Shown here: positions 1-8,059 of the stretch, piece by piece
How the letters are laid out: each line of letters opens with the position of its first letter
Position numbering within the stretch: position 1 is the stretch's first letter
DNA from: a virus
Lineage: Duplodnaviria; Caudoviricetes
Virus record (IMG/VR): IMGVR_UViG_3300028586_000045
Coordinates: 1-40,006 of that record
Length of the DNA: 40,006 nucleotides
Direction: 5' to 3' (one strand)
Translations under genes and position numbers: made by a program
The notes under the pieces: generated by a model
Database searches by the model: none
Told to the model about the DNA's origin: nothing
The model's input: the letters and a program-made list of their open reading frames with translations, nothing else

Positions 1-63
1 CCCAATGCGGTGCTCGCCGAACAGCATCGCAAGATGGCGGAACCCGGCACCGCCGACCATTGA
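1..63 (+). CDS. 3' end of a host gene, probably an SDR-family oxidoreductase (partial)
   Basis: Frame 1 reads PNAVLAEQHRKMAEPGTADH*, resembling C-termini of alphaproteobacterial SDR oxidoreductases as recalled; lies outside att. Confidence 0.5.
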   Translation, partial: PNAVLAEQHRKMAEPGTADH

Positions 64-70
64 TCGTGAC

Positions 71-103
71 GGCGGCTGTGGCCGGTGATCGGCCGCAGCC
101 GTC
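71..103. terminator. GC-rich hairpin between the convergent host gene and tRNA
   Basis: Stem CGGCTGTGGCCG (73-84) / CGGCCGCAGCCG (90-101) with one G-U pair; no clear U-tract. Confidence 0.5.
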
Positions 104-117
104 GGCGTTCAGGGGCG

Positions 118-191
118 TGGAGCGGGTAACGGGAATCGAACCCGTGTATTCAGCTTGGAAGGCTGCTGTACTACCATTGTACTATACCCGC
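118..191 (-). tRNA. tRNA-Gly (anticodon TCC), intact, CCA encoded
   Basis: Reverse complement GCGGGTATAGTACAATGGTAGTACAGCAGCCTTCCAAGCTGAATACACGGGTTCGATTCCCGTTACCCGCTCCA: 74 nt with acceptor stem, GGTTCGATTCC T-arm and CTTCCAA anticodon loop. Confidence 0.97.
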
Positions 192-192
192 A
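152..192. repeat. att core, left copy (41 bp)
   Basis: AGCTTGGAAGGCTGCTGTACTACCATTGTACTATACCCGCA is identical to 39479-39519. Confidence 0.96.
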
Positions 193-230
193 AACCCGCA
201 GAAAACCGTCGTTTTCTAGAGGCCCGCCGC

Positions 231-270
231 TTTCATTCCAACATTCATTCCGTTGGAATTCCAACACGGC
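231..270. promoter_or_regulatory. Putative integrase arm-type sites, left arm
   Basis: CATTCCAACAT (234-244), CATTCCGTT (246-254), palindrome GTTGGAATTCCAAC (252-265); the same motif occurs inside the right end (39400-39410). Confidence 0.65.
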
Positions 271-285
271 GTGGCGAGCATCTAT

Positions 286-555
286 CTAAACCCCGGCTGT
301 CACGCAAGCGTCGGGCGCGATCGTCAGTGCGATCTCGGCACCGTTAGCCGGATTTCCGAAGTCGTAGGGCAGGCCGAGCAGCTTGGGTTCACCCTGGGCA
401 ACGTCGGTGATCAGCACGAAGTCCGCCTCGATCTGCCGGCGTAGCCGATCGAACACCGCGGTGCGGATCAGCCAGCGCACAGGCGGCCACGCTGCACGAT
501 CCGCCGGCAACACGGCGAGGATACGCCGAGCCTGATCTATCACCGGATCCGTCAT
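286..555 (-). CDS. Hypothetical protein (89 aa) coupled to the integrase
   Basis: ATG overlaps the integrase stop (ATGA); MTDPVIDQARR... Confidence 0.65.
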   Translation of the reverse strand: MTDPVIDQARRILAVLPADRAAWPPVRWLIRTAVFDRLRRQIEADFVLITDVAQGEPKLLGLPYDFGNPANGAEIALTIAPDACVTAGV

Positions 556-1829
556 GCGCTCTTCGCTTCCCGACCGATTTGCTTGGGTGCACGATCGTGC
601 GTCAGATCCATAGCGAGCATCGCCATGCCCGTCGTCCGGGGCAGGTAGGTTTCGAGGATCTTCTTGACCGTCTCCAGCCGGTGGCCGGTGATGGCGGAGA
701 TCAGGTGATCCGGAATCCCGCGCTGGCCCATGGTCACCACGCACGTTCGCCGGAAGTCGCGGAACTGGATGTCGGCGATCTCGGCTGCCAGCTCGTCGTC
801 GCCGGCGACGGTCAGCATCGCCACCGCCTTTTCGCGGATCGCGCCGAAGCTGCGCTGGAAGAACGCCTGGCGCGATCGACGCATCGCCAACTCGTGGCCG
901 GTCCAAGTCTGGTCGCGTTCCTCGTCGTAGAGGATCGTGGTCAGCCCTAGCTTGCGGGCGCCGGTGATCGCCGTTTCGAGCTGCAGGCGCGCCTCGCCCG
1001 TGATGGGCACGCCCACCCAGCGATCCGTCTTGCCCTGCCGCATGCGGATGCCCATCAGGCGGCCGTCGGGCTCGCGTGCGGCAAGGCGGGCATAGACCGC
1101 GGGGTCATCCGCCTCATACGGCTGGATCTCGTCGTAGCGGCTCTGCAGCATCTTCAGCAGATCCTCTTCGCGCTGACCGATCGTCCAGGCGAGGATCATG
1201 GCGGCGACCATGTTCGGCCGGCCGAGCGCGGTTGCCGCGTCGACCAGCGCCTGGCGGCCGAGCGCGCTGGCGAACTGCTGCCGCGGTTCGGGCGTCGATA
1301 CGTCGAGGTCGCCGGCGGCCGGGTTGACCGAGATATGCTCGTTACGGTGCGCCCAGTCCCATAGGGTGCGCAGCACCTTCAGCGTGTTGTAGGCGGTCGT
1401 GCCACGCACGGTGCCGTCCTTGCGCGGGGCGTAGAGCACGTCGCGCAGCGCGATGATGTTCTGACGCGTGATCGCGTCCATGCGCTCCTTACCGGCCCAT
1501 TTGCTGATCGTTTTCAGCTTCGAGGCATATTCGCTCTGGGTCTTCTCCTTCAGCTTGGGGAAGCGGTGGACCTTGAACTGGGCGATGACCGCGTCGACGG
1601 TATGCCGCTTGTCCATCTTGCGGACGTCCTGCGGCGCGGCGCTGCCCTCACGCCAAGCGGCAACCTCGGCATTGCGCGCGCGAGCGGCACGGATCGCGGC
1701 TTCCTCGTCCTGGCCCAGCACCAGGGGTTTCCAGCCGGCCTTCTTCAGGGTGGCGGACGGTTGCCAGTAGTGACGGATGCCGCCGGCGGTCTTCTTCATG
1801 ACAAGGCCGGGAATCGAGATTTTCGCCAT
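552..1829 (-). CDS. int: Tyrosine recombinase / phage integrase
   Basis: Catalytic pattern GQR...K...FRDFRRT...ITGH...ETY; N-terminal arm-binding-like region; adjacent to att. Confidence 0.95.
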   Translation of the reverse strand: MAKISIPGLVMKKTAGGIRHYWQPSATLKKAGWKPLVLGQDEEAAIRAARARNAEVAAWREGSAAPQDVRKMDKRHTVDAVIAQFKVHRFPKLKEKTQSEYASKLKTISKWAGKERMDAITRQNIIALRDVLYAPRKDGTVRGTTAYNTLKVLRTLWDWAHRNEHISVNPAAGDLDVSTPEPRQQFASALGRQALVDAATALGRPNMVAAMILAWTIGQREEDLLKMLQSRYDEIQPYEADDPAVYARLAAREPDGRLMGIRMRQGKTDRWVGVPITGEARLQLETAITGARKLGLTTILYDEERDQTWTGHELAMRRSRQAFFQRSFGAIREKAVAMLTVAGDDELAAEIADIQFRDFRRTCVVTMGQRGIPDHLISAITGHRLETVKKILETYLPRTTGMAMLAMDLTHDRAPKQIGREAKSA

Positions 1830-1880
1830 GGCGGGGGCTCCTGTGGCGGGTGGAAGTGTGGCGCGGCCGCGGACGCGAGG

Positions 1881-2345
1881 TCAAGCGGCCTTGGGCAGTG
1901 CCAGCGCGACGGCCGCGCGGGCGGCAACGGCGTCGCGGTGACCCGAGTGCCAGAGCAGGTCGTGCCATTGTTCGAGCAGCAGGATCCGGCGATCAGCTTC
2001 GGCGTCGTCGAGCTGCTTCGCCTCGACGCGCGGCGGCCAGAACTTGCGACGCAGCGAGATCTCGCGGCGGAGGCAGTGGATCATCTCCGACCAGGTGGCG
2101 ATCGGAAAGCCGGGACTCGCCTCGACGGCGGCCCAATCCTCGGCGATCGCGCGCGCGACGCGCAGCTCGCGATCGCAATCCGCGCGGCTCATCCGGCTTT
2201 TAGCGACCAGCCCAGGATAGGTCAGCGACCGCTGGTTGAACATGTCCCGCGCTTCCTGCTTCATCACCGCCCAGAAGTCCGCATCCGGCACGCTGCCGAT
2301 CGGGCGATCGTCGCGGTAGAAGGCAAAGTCGGGGGAGAAGGTCAT
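1881..2345 (-). CDS. Phage hypothetical protein (154 aa) with an internal two-fold repeat
   Basis: RSLTYPGLVAKSRMSRADCDREL resembles RRKFWPPRVEAKQLDDAEADRRI; ATGA overlap with the upstream gene. Confidence 0.75.
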   Translation of the reverse strand: MTFSPDFAFYRDDRPIGSVPDADFWAVMKQEARDMFNQRSLTYPGLVAKSRMSRADCDRELRVARAIAEDWAAVEASPGFPIATWSEMIHCLRREISLRRKFWPPRVEAKQLDDAEADRRILLLEQWHDLLWHSGHRDAVAARAAVALALPKAA

Positions 2346-2560
2346 GGATGTCCCCAGCTTTCCGAGATGCGCACCCACTCGGCCCAGCCATCGGGGTTGT
2401 GGCCGGCGTTCGTCGCGTTCCCATCTGGCCGGATTGCACCATTGTCGTACCGAAGATCGGCGCAGGTCTGACAATAGGGGTGACCGTGGATCAATTTGAC
2501 AGTGGCGAAGCGGGCGTCTTGACCACCGCCGCAGCCTGCGCACCAAGTCCGGCCCGTCAC
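2342..2560 (-). CDS. Small Zn-finger-like protein (72 aa)
   Basis: GTG start overlapping the upstream stop; CAGC...CQTC. Confidence 0.6.
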   Translation of the reverse strand: MTGRTWCAGCGGGQDARFATVKLIHGHPYCQTCADLRYDNGAIRPDGNATNAGHNPDGWAEWVRISESWGHP

Positions 2561-2748
2561 GAGTTGTTCCGATCGGCCGGATCGATGATCGTGCAGGCGG
2601 CGACCGGCTCGCGCTCGAACGTGCATGCCAGCGCCACGCTGCAACCCTCGCAGGCGTCAACCTCGTGATCGTGATCGTGGTAGCAGGCAGGGCAGGTCCA
2701 GATCTCCTGCCACGGCCCGTTTTTGCAGCAGTCGCCGACGTCAGCCAT
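2557..2748 (-). CDS. Small Cys-rich protein (63 aa)
   Basis: MADVGDCCK...CPAC...CEGC; GGAGG upstream. Confidence 0.65.
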   Translation of the reverse strand: MADVGDCCKNGPWQEIWTCPACYHDHDHEVDACEGCSVALACTFEREPVAACTIIDPADRNNS

Positions 2749-2968
2749 TGCGGTCCTCCGGGGAAACGATTGCCAAGAATTCGGCATGCGACAGGACGCG
2801 GCGGGTTTCGCGATCGATGATGAGCTCGCCGCTGCCGATGCAATGACCGGGGCCGCTATTCAGGCCGCCGCGCCCGATGCCGCCACAGGTGACGCAGTTG
2901 TCGCCATTGTCCCGGACGCCATAGCCGCCGCAGTCGGGGCACTCGCGAAAGTCGATGTTACTCGCCAC
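2741..2968 (-). CDS. Small protein with DnaJ-type CxxCxGxG Zn-finger motifs (75 aa)
   Basis: CPDCGGYG and CVTCGGIG; GTG start after GGAGGG. Confidence 0.7.
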   Translation of the reverse strand: MASNIDFRECPDCGGYGVRDNGDNCVTCGGIGRGGLNSGPGHCIGSGELIIDRETRRVLSHAEFLAIVSPEDRNG

Positions 2969-3647
2969 CGAACCCTCCCTCCGCCCCGGTGTCGCTCGCG
3001 ACCTTGGGGGCTGCGGCGAGGGCGCGACCATCGGTCAGACCCCGTTCGTAACCAAGCTCTTCGGCATTGCGAAGCGCCTGAGCATGGCGGCTCGCCTGCG
3101 CGTAATACGCTTTGGCTGCATCGGTGCATTCGTTGGCGACGGCCTGCTGCGCATCAGCCGCGGCATATTCCGCCTCCCGGAGTGCCCCGAGCAGTCCTTG
3201 CTCCGCGCCCGCCTTGATTTGGCAAGCGGGTATGCTGTCCTCGTCGCGGCCAAAGTGCAGGCGAGCGCCCCGATCGTCGGTGAAGACGTCGCCGCAATGG
3301 TAGCAGCGCCATTCGACAGGTGCGCCCGCCGGAACCGCGACATCGCTCGCGGGCGGAGTGAAGTACACCGCAGCTGCAAGGATGGCGCAGTGCAGCGCCC
3401 TGGCATGTTCGTCGAGATCGGGAAGCGCCTCGCACGACGCATCGAAGACCTTGATCGCGTTTGCCACCGGCAGAAGATCCAGAACGCCACCGCAGCCGGG
3501 GCATCGAGTTGCATCGTGCAGCTCCGGCTCGTCGTGCTGACCGCAGCCGATGCAGAACACGGCATTAACATCCAAGGCCATCGCGAGCTGCTTGGCTAGC
3601 AAGTCGCCAGACGGCACGGCCAAGTTCGCGCTTTCGAGTATGCTCAT
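2958..3647 (-). CDS. Phage hypothetical protein with Zn-binding motifs (229 aa)
   Basis: CIGC, CPGC, WRCYHCGDVF...HFG and a C-terminal helical region. Confidence 0.75.
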   Translation of the reverse strand: MSILESANLAVPSGDLLAKQLAMALDVNAVFCIGCGQHDEPELHDATRCPGCGGVLDLLPVANAIKVFDASCEALPDLDEHARALHCAILAAAVYFTPPASDVAVPAGAPVEWRCYHCGDVFTDDRGARLHFGRDEDSIPACQIKAGAEQGLLGALREAEYAAADAQQAVANECTDAAKAYYAQASRHAQALRNAEELGYERGLTDGRALAAAPKVASDTGAEGGFGGE

Positions 3648-3739
3648 GGCAAGGGGTCCTCATGCGAGGGCTGGTCGCGAAGCGGGACCTTGAGCCCCGC
3701 GTAGACCACGACGGCGATAGCGATCACCCAGTCGATCAT
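3644..3739 (-). CDS. Putative 31-aa membrane peptide (not in the ORF track)
   Basis: MIDWVIAIAVVVYAGLKVPLRDQPSHEDPLP*; ATGA overlaps at both ends fill the gap exactly. Confidence 0.55.
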   Translation of the reverse strand: MIDWVIAIAVVVYAGLKVPLRDQPSHEDPLP

Positions 3740-3933
3740 GGCTTGCCCTCATAGCTGTAGTCGAAGGTATCGGCCGGGCTGTTGCCTCTTGCCGGCGTGA
3801 CGATCGCGCACAGCAGGCGGCTGATCGTGGAGGGGGTGGACGCGCCGCCATTGAAGAACGAGGGAGGTAGCGACGCGTCCTCGACGGCGACCGGGGAGGC
3901 ACCGTCGATCTCGAAATCTCGTGGGGCGGTCAT
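3736..3933 (-). CDS. Hypothetical protein (65 aa)
   Basis: MTAPRDFEIDG...; ATGA overlaps on both sides. Confidence 0.55.
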   Translation of the reverse strand: MTAPRDFEIDGASPVAVEDASLPPSFFNGGASTPSTISRLLCAIVTPARGNSPADTFDYSYEGKP

Positions 3934-4721
3934 TCTGCGATCGCCTCTGCATAGGCATCGAGCACGACGGCGATCGCCGCGCCCTGCAGGCCGATGCCGT
4001 CGGCTGCGGCCCGCTTGTGGAACGCGGTCAGCCATTCGTCGGCCGGTTGGTCCAGGACCTCGCCGAACAGCGCGCCGATCAGGTCGTCGCCATACTGCAG
4101 CACGACCGCGCCGATCGCGGCGAGCATCAGGCCCGCGTTCCGCGCGCCCTGCGCCCGAACCACACGGGCTAGCGCGGCGAGGGTCGCCCGCGTCGCCTTT
4201 TCGCCATGGCGAGCATGCCATTTGCGCACGCGGCCGACGGTGTTGATCTGACCAGGCTTGAGCGTGGCGACGTCGGCGCTGCCGGCGAAGCGCAGACCAG
4301 CCTCGCGCATGAGCGCGTCCAGCGCTAGCGCCTGCTCGTCACCGGCCGCAAGCGCGCCGTTGTAGAGAGCGTAGGGGGTGAGCGGCCGGCGCGCCTGGTT
4401 CAGCTCGACGAACACGGCGGCTTCGTCCGATGCCTCGCCGGGATAGAAGATGACGCAGGGCAGGTGGGCGACGTCGCCGCGCAGCTGCGCCGCCTCGAGG
4501 CGATGCTGGCCGTCGACCACCCACAGCGACCGGTCCTGGCGCTGGGCGACCACGAGCGGCTGGAACAGGTTCCAGTCCCAGCCAGCCGCGATGCGGGCGA
4601 TCAGCTGGTGGCTGCCGGCGTCGAGCTCGCGCTGATAGGTGCGGTCGACAGCAAGTTGCGCAGGCGCGCAGAACTGCAGCACGGGCGGCGTGCCCTTCTG
4701 CGGGGCATAGGCCTTCGTCAT
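3930..4721 (-). CDS. ParB/Srx-like N-terminal domain protein (DUF6551-like)
   Basis: VDRTYQR...IAAGWDW...PLVV...VVDGQHRLEAA is a ParB-N/DGQH motif. Confidence 0.8.
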   Translation of the reverse strand: MTKAYAPQKGTPPVLQFCAPAQLAVDRTYQRELDAGSHQLIARIAAGWDWNLFQPLVVAQRQDRSLWVVDGQHRLEAAQLRGDVAHLPCVIFYPGEASDEAAVFVELNQARRPLTPYALYNGALAAGDEQALALDALMREAGLRFAGSADVATLKPGQINTVGRVRKWHARHGEKATRATLAALARVVRAQGARNAGLMLAAIGAVVLQYGDDLIGALFGEVLDQPADEWLTAFHKRAAADGIGLQGAAIAVVLDAYAEAIAE

Positions 4722-4954
4722 GGAACCCTCCGATAGGTGATGACGCCGGCGTCCGCCGGCAGGTAGCTGCGGTTGAAGCCGAGGCGGCGCAGGATCCGCG
4801 AGACGATCACGCCGTCGAGGTCGACGCCCGGCACCGGGCGCGAGGCGACCTCGACCGCCTTGGGCAGCGTCATGACGACCAGCTGGCCTTCCTCGATGTA
4901 GCCGCCGAGGAAGGCGGTGATCAGATCGAACTCGTGGCGCGTGGGATAGGTCAT
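4718..4954 (-). CDS. Hypothetical protein (78 aa)
   Basis: MTYPTRHEFDL...; ATGA coupling. Confidence 0.65.
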   Translation of the reverse strand: MTYPTRHEFDLITAFLGGYIEEGQLVVMTLPKAVEVASRPVPGVDLDGVIVSRILRRLGFNRSYLPADAGVITYRRVP

Positions 4955-5331
4955 GCCGCGATCCGATCCTGCCGGATGCCGGCGTCGCGGATCTCGCGGC
5001 CGTGCTGTGTCAGCGTGAGAAAGGGCATCGGCGTGGCGCGGGCGAGCGCCTCGCGCAGGTAGACGAGGCGGATCAGCGCTGGCCGCTGGTCGTAGGACGG
5101 CGTGCCGGCGTTCGGCCGGTGTGGATAGATCAGCGACGTGACGCTGCACCAGCGGATGTTGTCGCGCATGAGCAGGTCCGACTGGTGGCGCGGGACCGCG
5201 AAGTGCAGCAGCTGGATCGCGCGGCGCTGCCCGCCGGTCAGATCGCGATAGATCGCGACCCGCTCGGCGTCGCAGCCCCGGCAGCGGCAGCCGAGGACGG
5301 GGCTGCTATGTGTCCGTGCCGGATGCTTCAC
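4951..5331 (-). CDS. Hypothetical protein (126 aa)
   Basis: GTGA coupling; GCRCRGC motif; ends LTLTQHGRE, like a winged-helix wing. Confidence 0.6.
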   Translation of the reverse strand: MKHPARTHSSPVLGCRCRGCDAERVAIYRDLTGGQRRAIQLLHFAVPRHQSDLLMRDNIRWCSVTSLIYPHRPNAGTPSYDQRPALIRLVYLREALARATPMPFLTLTQHGREIRDAGIRQDRIAA

Positions 5332-5555
5332 CGCGGCTCGTCCTGTCGGACGCGGATCACAATCTCCTGGCGGTTCTGCGTGATGTCGAAGGCGGTGAAC
5401 AGCCGCATGGCGAGCTGCGGCGCAAGCTCCTTCAGCCGGGTCTCCACGCGCGCAGCCGCGGCCTTCGCCTCTTCCTCGACGATGCGATCGCATTCGATCC
5501 GCACCGCCTCGGAGATCGCCGGCAGCAGGCCGTCGAAGTCGGCCCGGCTGCTCAC
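5328..5555 (-). CDS. Hypothetical protein (75 aa)
   Basis: Coupled overlaps on both sides; helical, protein-like composition. Confidence 0.65.
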   Translation of the reverse strand: MSSRADFDGLLPAISEAVRIECDRIVEEEAKAAAARVETRLKELAPQLAMRLFTAFDITQNRQEIVIRVRQDEPR

Positions 5556-5959
5556 GCCGCGCGGTCCAGGTCGACGGCGACGCAGGCGCCGGCCGGCTTA
5601 TGGTCGAGATAGTCGATCGCCGCCCAGATCAGCGCCGCGGCCTTGACCAGATTGGCGCGCGCGCTGCTTTCCGGCCGCCACGTCTCGGGTGCCCAAGGAT
5701 AGGTCGGCTCCGGATGGTGGGTCGACACCGGGATGCCGGCGAGCTGGTCCGACGCGGTGTTGGCGTAGCTGATGCCCGCCAGCGCGAGATCCAGCAGCTC
5801 GTTGCCCTGATCGTGCGCCAGCGTGCGGCCGTAGCCGTCGACCTGCTTCATCCGCTCGGCGACGATCGCCGCGAAGCCGGCGCCGGTGAGCACCTGGATG
5901 CCGTCGCTGGTCACCGTCCGATCGACGGGGAAGGGCGCGTGGAAGGTCATTTCGGTCAT
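5552..5959 (-). CDS. Conserved phage hypothetical protein (135 aa)
   Basis: AERMKQV...HD...YPW...WRP...RANLVKAAALIWAAIDYLD matches a common phage early-protein pattern; GGAGG SD. Confidence 0.8.
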   Translation of the reverse strand: MTEMTFHAPFPVDRTVTSDGIQVLTGAGFAAIVAERMKQVDGYGRTLAHDQGNELLDLALAGISYANTASDQLAGIPVSTHHPEPTYPWAPETWRPESSARANLVKAAALIWAAIDYLDHKPAGACVAVDLDRAA

Positions 5960-6276
5960 GCTCGTACCTCCGTGGTGAATGCCCGCTCGGGCAGATGTGC
6001 GTGCAGCTTGGGAGCGACCCAGCGCGCCCAATCGACGAGGGCTTCCAGCGCCGTCTCGTCGTCGCCCGCCTCGGGGACGCCCGGGACGAGAAGGGTCTTG
6101 CCGTCGTAGGCGTGGCGGGCGGATGCCTCGATCAGGCGACGTCCGACCGCGGCCGCGCGGCACGAGTTGAAGGTGAAGAGCTTGATCGCGCCGCTCGGCG
6201 CGGTGCGGCTGACGCCGATCACTCCGGTGCGCCAGGCGTAGGCGCGATAATATTCCGGCTTGGGAAGGGCGGGCAT
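5956..6276 (-). CDS. Phage protein of a family often annotated 'host nuclease inhibitor' (106 aa)
   Basis: AYAWRTGVI...ARHAYDGKTLLVPGVPEA pattern recalled from early genes of Mu-like phages; function unproven. Confidence 0.6.
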   Translation of the reverse strand: MPALPKPEYYRAYAWRTGVIGVSRTAPSGAIKLFTFNSCRAAAVGRRLIEASARHAYDGKTLLVPGVPEAGDDETALEALVDWARWVAPKLHAHLPERAFTTEVRA

Positions 6277-6288
6277 GAAGCGGATCCT

Positions 6289-6525
6289 TCAGCAGGGGCC
6301 GACGCCGATCTCCGCGGCGTAGGCTTCGAGTTGCGCCAGCGTGTGGCGGAGGTTGGCGATGCGGGCGGGCAGGCGGCGCCACAGCGCGTCGCGGGCCGCT
6401 TCCAGCCGGCGATATTCGGCCAGCTCGCTCCGGCTCATCGATGACGCGTGCTTCCGGCGCAGCTGCGCCAGGCGCCGTTCGTGCGCGTTGAGCCGCGCGA
6501 GGGTCACAGCAGCCCGGTTTGCCAT
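6289..6525 (-). CDS. Basic coiled-coil hypothetical protein (78 aa)
   Basis: ORF in the operon, overlapping the upstream gene. Confidence 0.6.
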   Translation of the reverse strand: MANRAAVTLARLNAHERRLAQLRRKHASSMSRSELAEYRRLEAARDALWRRLPARIANLRHTLAQLEAYAAEIGVGPC

Positions 6526-6734
6526 GCGACCAGCATCCCGATCGCCATCATGGCGAAGAGGGCGATCGCGCAGGCGAGCGAGGCGGCGCCGATCGCGCCC
6601 TCGTTGCCCTGAAGGACGCGGATCATGATCTCGATCCAGCGCGGCGCCGGCTGCAACTCCATCATCGCCGGCGCCGGGCGCGATGCCGGCGTCTCGATGG
6701 GGTACAGCGCGGTGAGGACGGCGGGCGCCCTCAC
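6504..6734 (-). CDS. Small membrane protein (76 aa)
   Basis: GTGA coupling; C-terminal hydrophobic helix AIGAASLACAIALFAMMAIGMLVAW. Confidence 0.6.
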   Translation of the reverse strand: MRAPAVLTALYPIETPASRPAPAMMELQPAPRWIEIMIRVLQGNEGAIGAASLACAIALFAMMAIGMLVAWQTGLL

Positions 6735-7090
6735 TTGCCGGACGCCTTGCGAAGTGCGGCCGCGGCCAGCGCCTTGGCCGTCTCGCGCTGGCGATCGCGC
6801 GCCTTTGTCAACGACGAGATGATCAGATCGAGCATCTCGTCGTCGGGCGTGAAGGACAGCGCCAGGGCAACAGGAGCGCCCAGCGTCTTCTCGCCCCAAA
6901 TGGTCATGACCGTTCGGTCAGCCTCGCCGCTAGTTCCTTTCGGTCGGACGACGCCCGTCGAGAACCGCTCGGAGTGCACGACGAGGAACGTCTCGCCGTC
7001 ATGATCAACGATCTGAGGTTGCATCTGGGCGACGGAGCTGCCGACGCATTCCTTGTAGCCGGGCAGACGGCCGGTTGCGCTTTTGCTCAT
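6731..7090 (-). CDS. Hypothetical protein (119 aa)
   Basis: MSKSATGRLPG...; ATGA coupling. Confidence 0.7.
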   Translation of the reverse strand: MSKSATGRLPGYKECVGSSVAQMQPQIVDHDGETFLVVHSERFSTGVVRPKGTSGEADRTVMTIWGEKTLGAPVALALSFTPDDEMLDLIISSLTKARDRQRETAKALAAAALRKASGK

Positions 7091-7467
7091 GCGACGTCGC
7101 CGAACAGGCTGTGGAGGTTCGCGCTCAGGCGGCTGTCGACCTCGACGCGCTCGGCGACGGCGCCGGCCTCGCGGGCGCCGGCCGGCAGCTGGCCGTCGAA
7201 CCACAGGTCGACCGCGACGCGGCACCAGCGGCTGTGGCCCTGCGCGGTGGTGGTGAGCTTGCCGGCCTTGAGCAGCGGATAGGCCTTGGGGAAGCCTGCG
7301 GTCTCGATCAGCTGATCGATGTAGGTGCACAGCCACTTCTCGCGGCGGTGCGCCTGGCCGAGCCGGCCGGCGATATCGTAGATGCCGCACGTGCCGGCAT
7401 TCCGGGGGTTGCTGCCGGCCAGCGCCGCCCGTGCAAGCGGCGTGGGCAGAACTGCCACGTTAGACAT
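7087..7467 (-). CDS. AlpA/excisionase-like winged-helix protein (126 aa)
   Basis: IYDIAGRLG...GFPKAYP...RWCRVAVDLWF resembles the AlpA/Xis pattern. Confidence 0.55.
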   Translation of the reverse strand: MSNVAVLPTPLARAALAGSNPRNAGTCGIYDIAGRLGQAHRREKWLCTYIDQLIETAGFPKAYPLLKAGKLTTTAQGHSRWCRVAVDLWFDGQLPAGAREAGAVAERVEVDSRLSANLHSLFGDVA

Positions 7468-7618
7468 GCGCCGGCTCCCGCGTGAGGATGTCGGCGCACT
7501 CCAGCAATTCGACTAAGCGGCGGGCCCATTCGCGGGCGGCGTCGTCATTGCCGCATTGCTTGTGCGCGATGGCTTTCGCCATGGCGGTAGCGGCGGCACT
7601 GCGATCGATAACGACCAT
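7460..7618 (-). CDS. First gene of the leftward early operon, hypothetical (52 aa)
   Basis: MVVIDRSAAA...; GGAG SD; directly downstream of the operator-containing promoter. Confidence 0.65.
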   Translation of the reverse strand: MVVIDRSAAATAMAKAIAHKQCGNDDAAREWARRLVELLECADILTREPAHV

Positions 7619-7650
7619 GATCCGTCTCCGTTCGGTAGTGAACGAAGGCA

Positions 7651-7704
7651 GATGTAAGCGCATTGCTTACAAAGTCAATTGGCTTTGTAAGGCCATCGCT
7701 TACT
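7651..7704 (-). promoter_or_regulatory. PL-like promoter with two repressor operators
   Basis: TGTAAG-CGCATTG-CTTACA (7653-7671) and TGTAAG-GCCATCG-CTTACT (7686-7704); minus-strand TTGACT-N16-TACATC overlaps the first operator. Confidence 0.8.
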
Positions 7705-8059
7705 TTGAGGGTCTGGTCATCTCCGCTCGAAACGCGAGGACCTCGGCGGCCACCGTGTCGAGAACGCGCTGACGAGTCCTTTCATTCGTTGCAGCGGTAA
7801 TTGGAGCGGCGTTTCTGGCTCGCATGAAGGCTTCGTTCGCTCGCGCCGACGCGGTTGCCTCCTCACGGCATGCTGCAACCGCCACTGTGGCAAGATCCAG
7901 CGCTGTCTCAGGTTGATCGGCCCAAGAAAGGGCTTTGACGACCGCGCACTTACCCCAGGCGACGTATGTTTGTTGAATGGCAACCGTTAGCGTGTCAGTG
8001 GCGGGTGCAGGCGTAACTACCTGCAAACCTATAACGAGAGATAGCAAGCCGCTGATCAC
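7700..8059 (-). CDS. Exported protein co-transcribed with the repressor (119 aa)
   Basis: Hydrophobic N-terminus MISGLLSLVIGLQVV, two Cys; GTG overlaps the cI stop. Confidence 0.7.
   Translation of the reverse strand: MISGLLSLVIGLQVVTPAPATDTLTVAIQQTYVAWGKCAVVKALSWADQPETALDLATVAVAACREEATASARANEAFMRARNAAPITAATNERTRQRVLDTVAAEVLAFRAEMTRPSK

Noticed and set aside
60-347. 95-aa plus-strand ORF
   Set aside because: It overlaps the tRNA and att arm and has no protein-like features.
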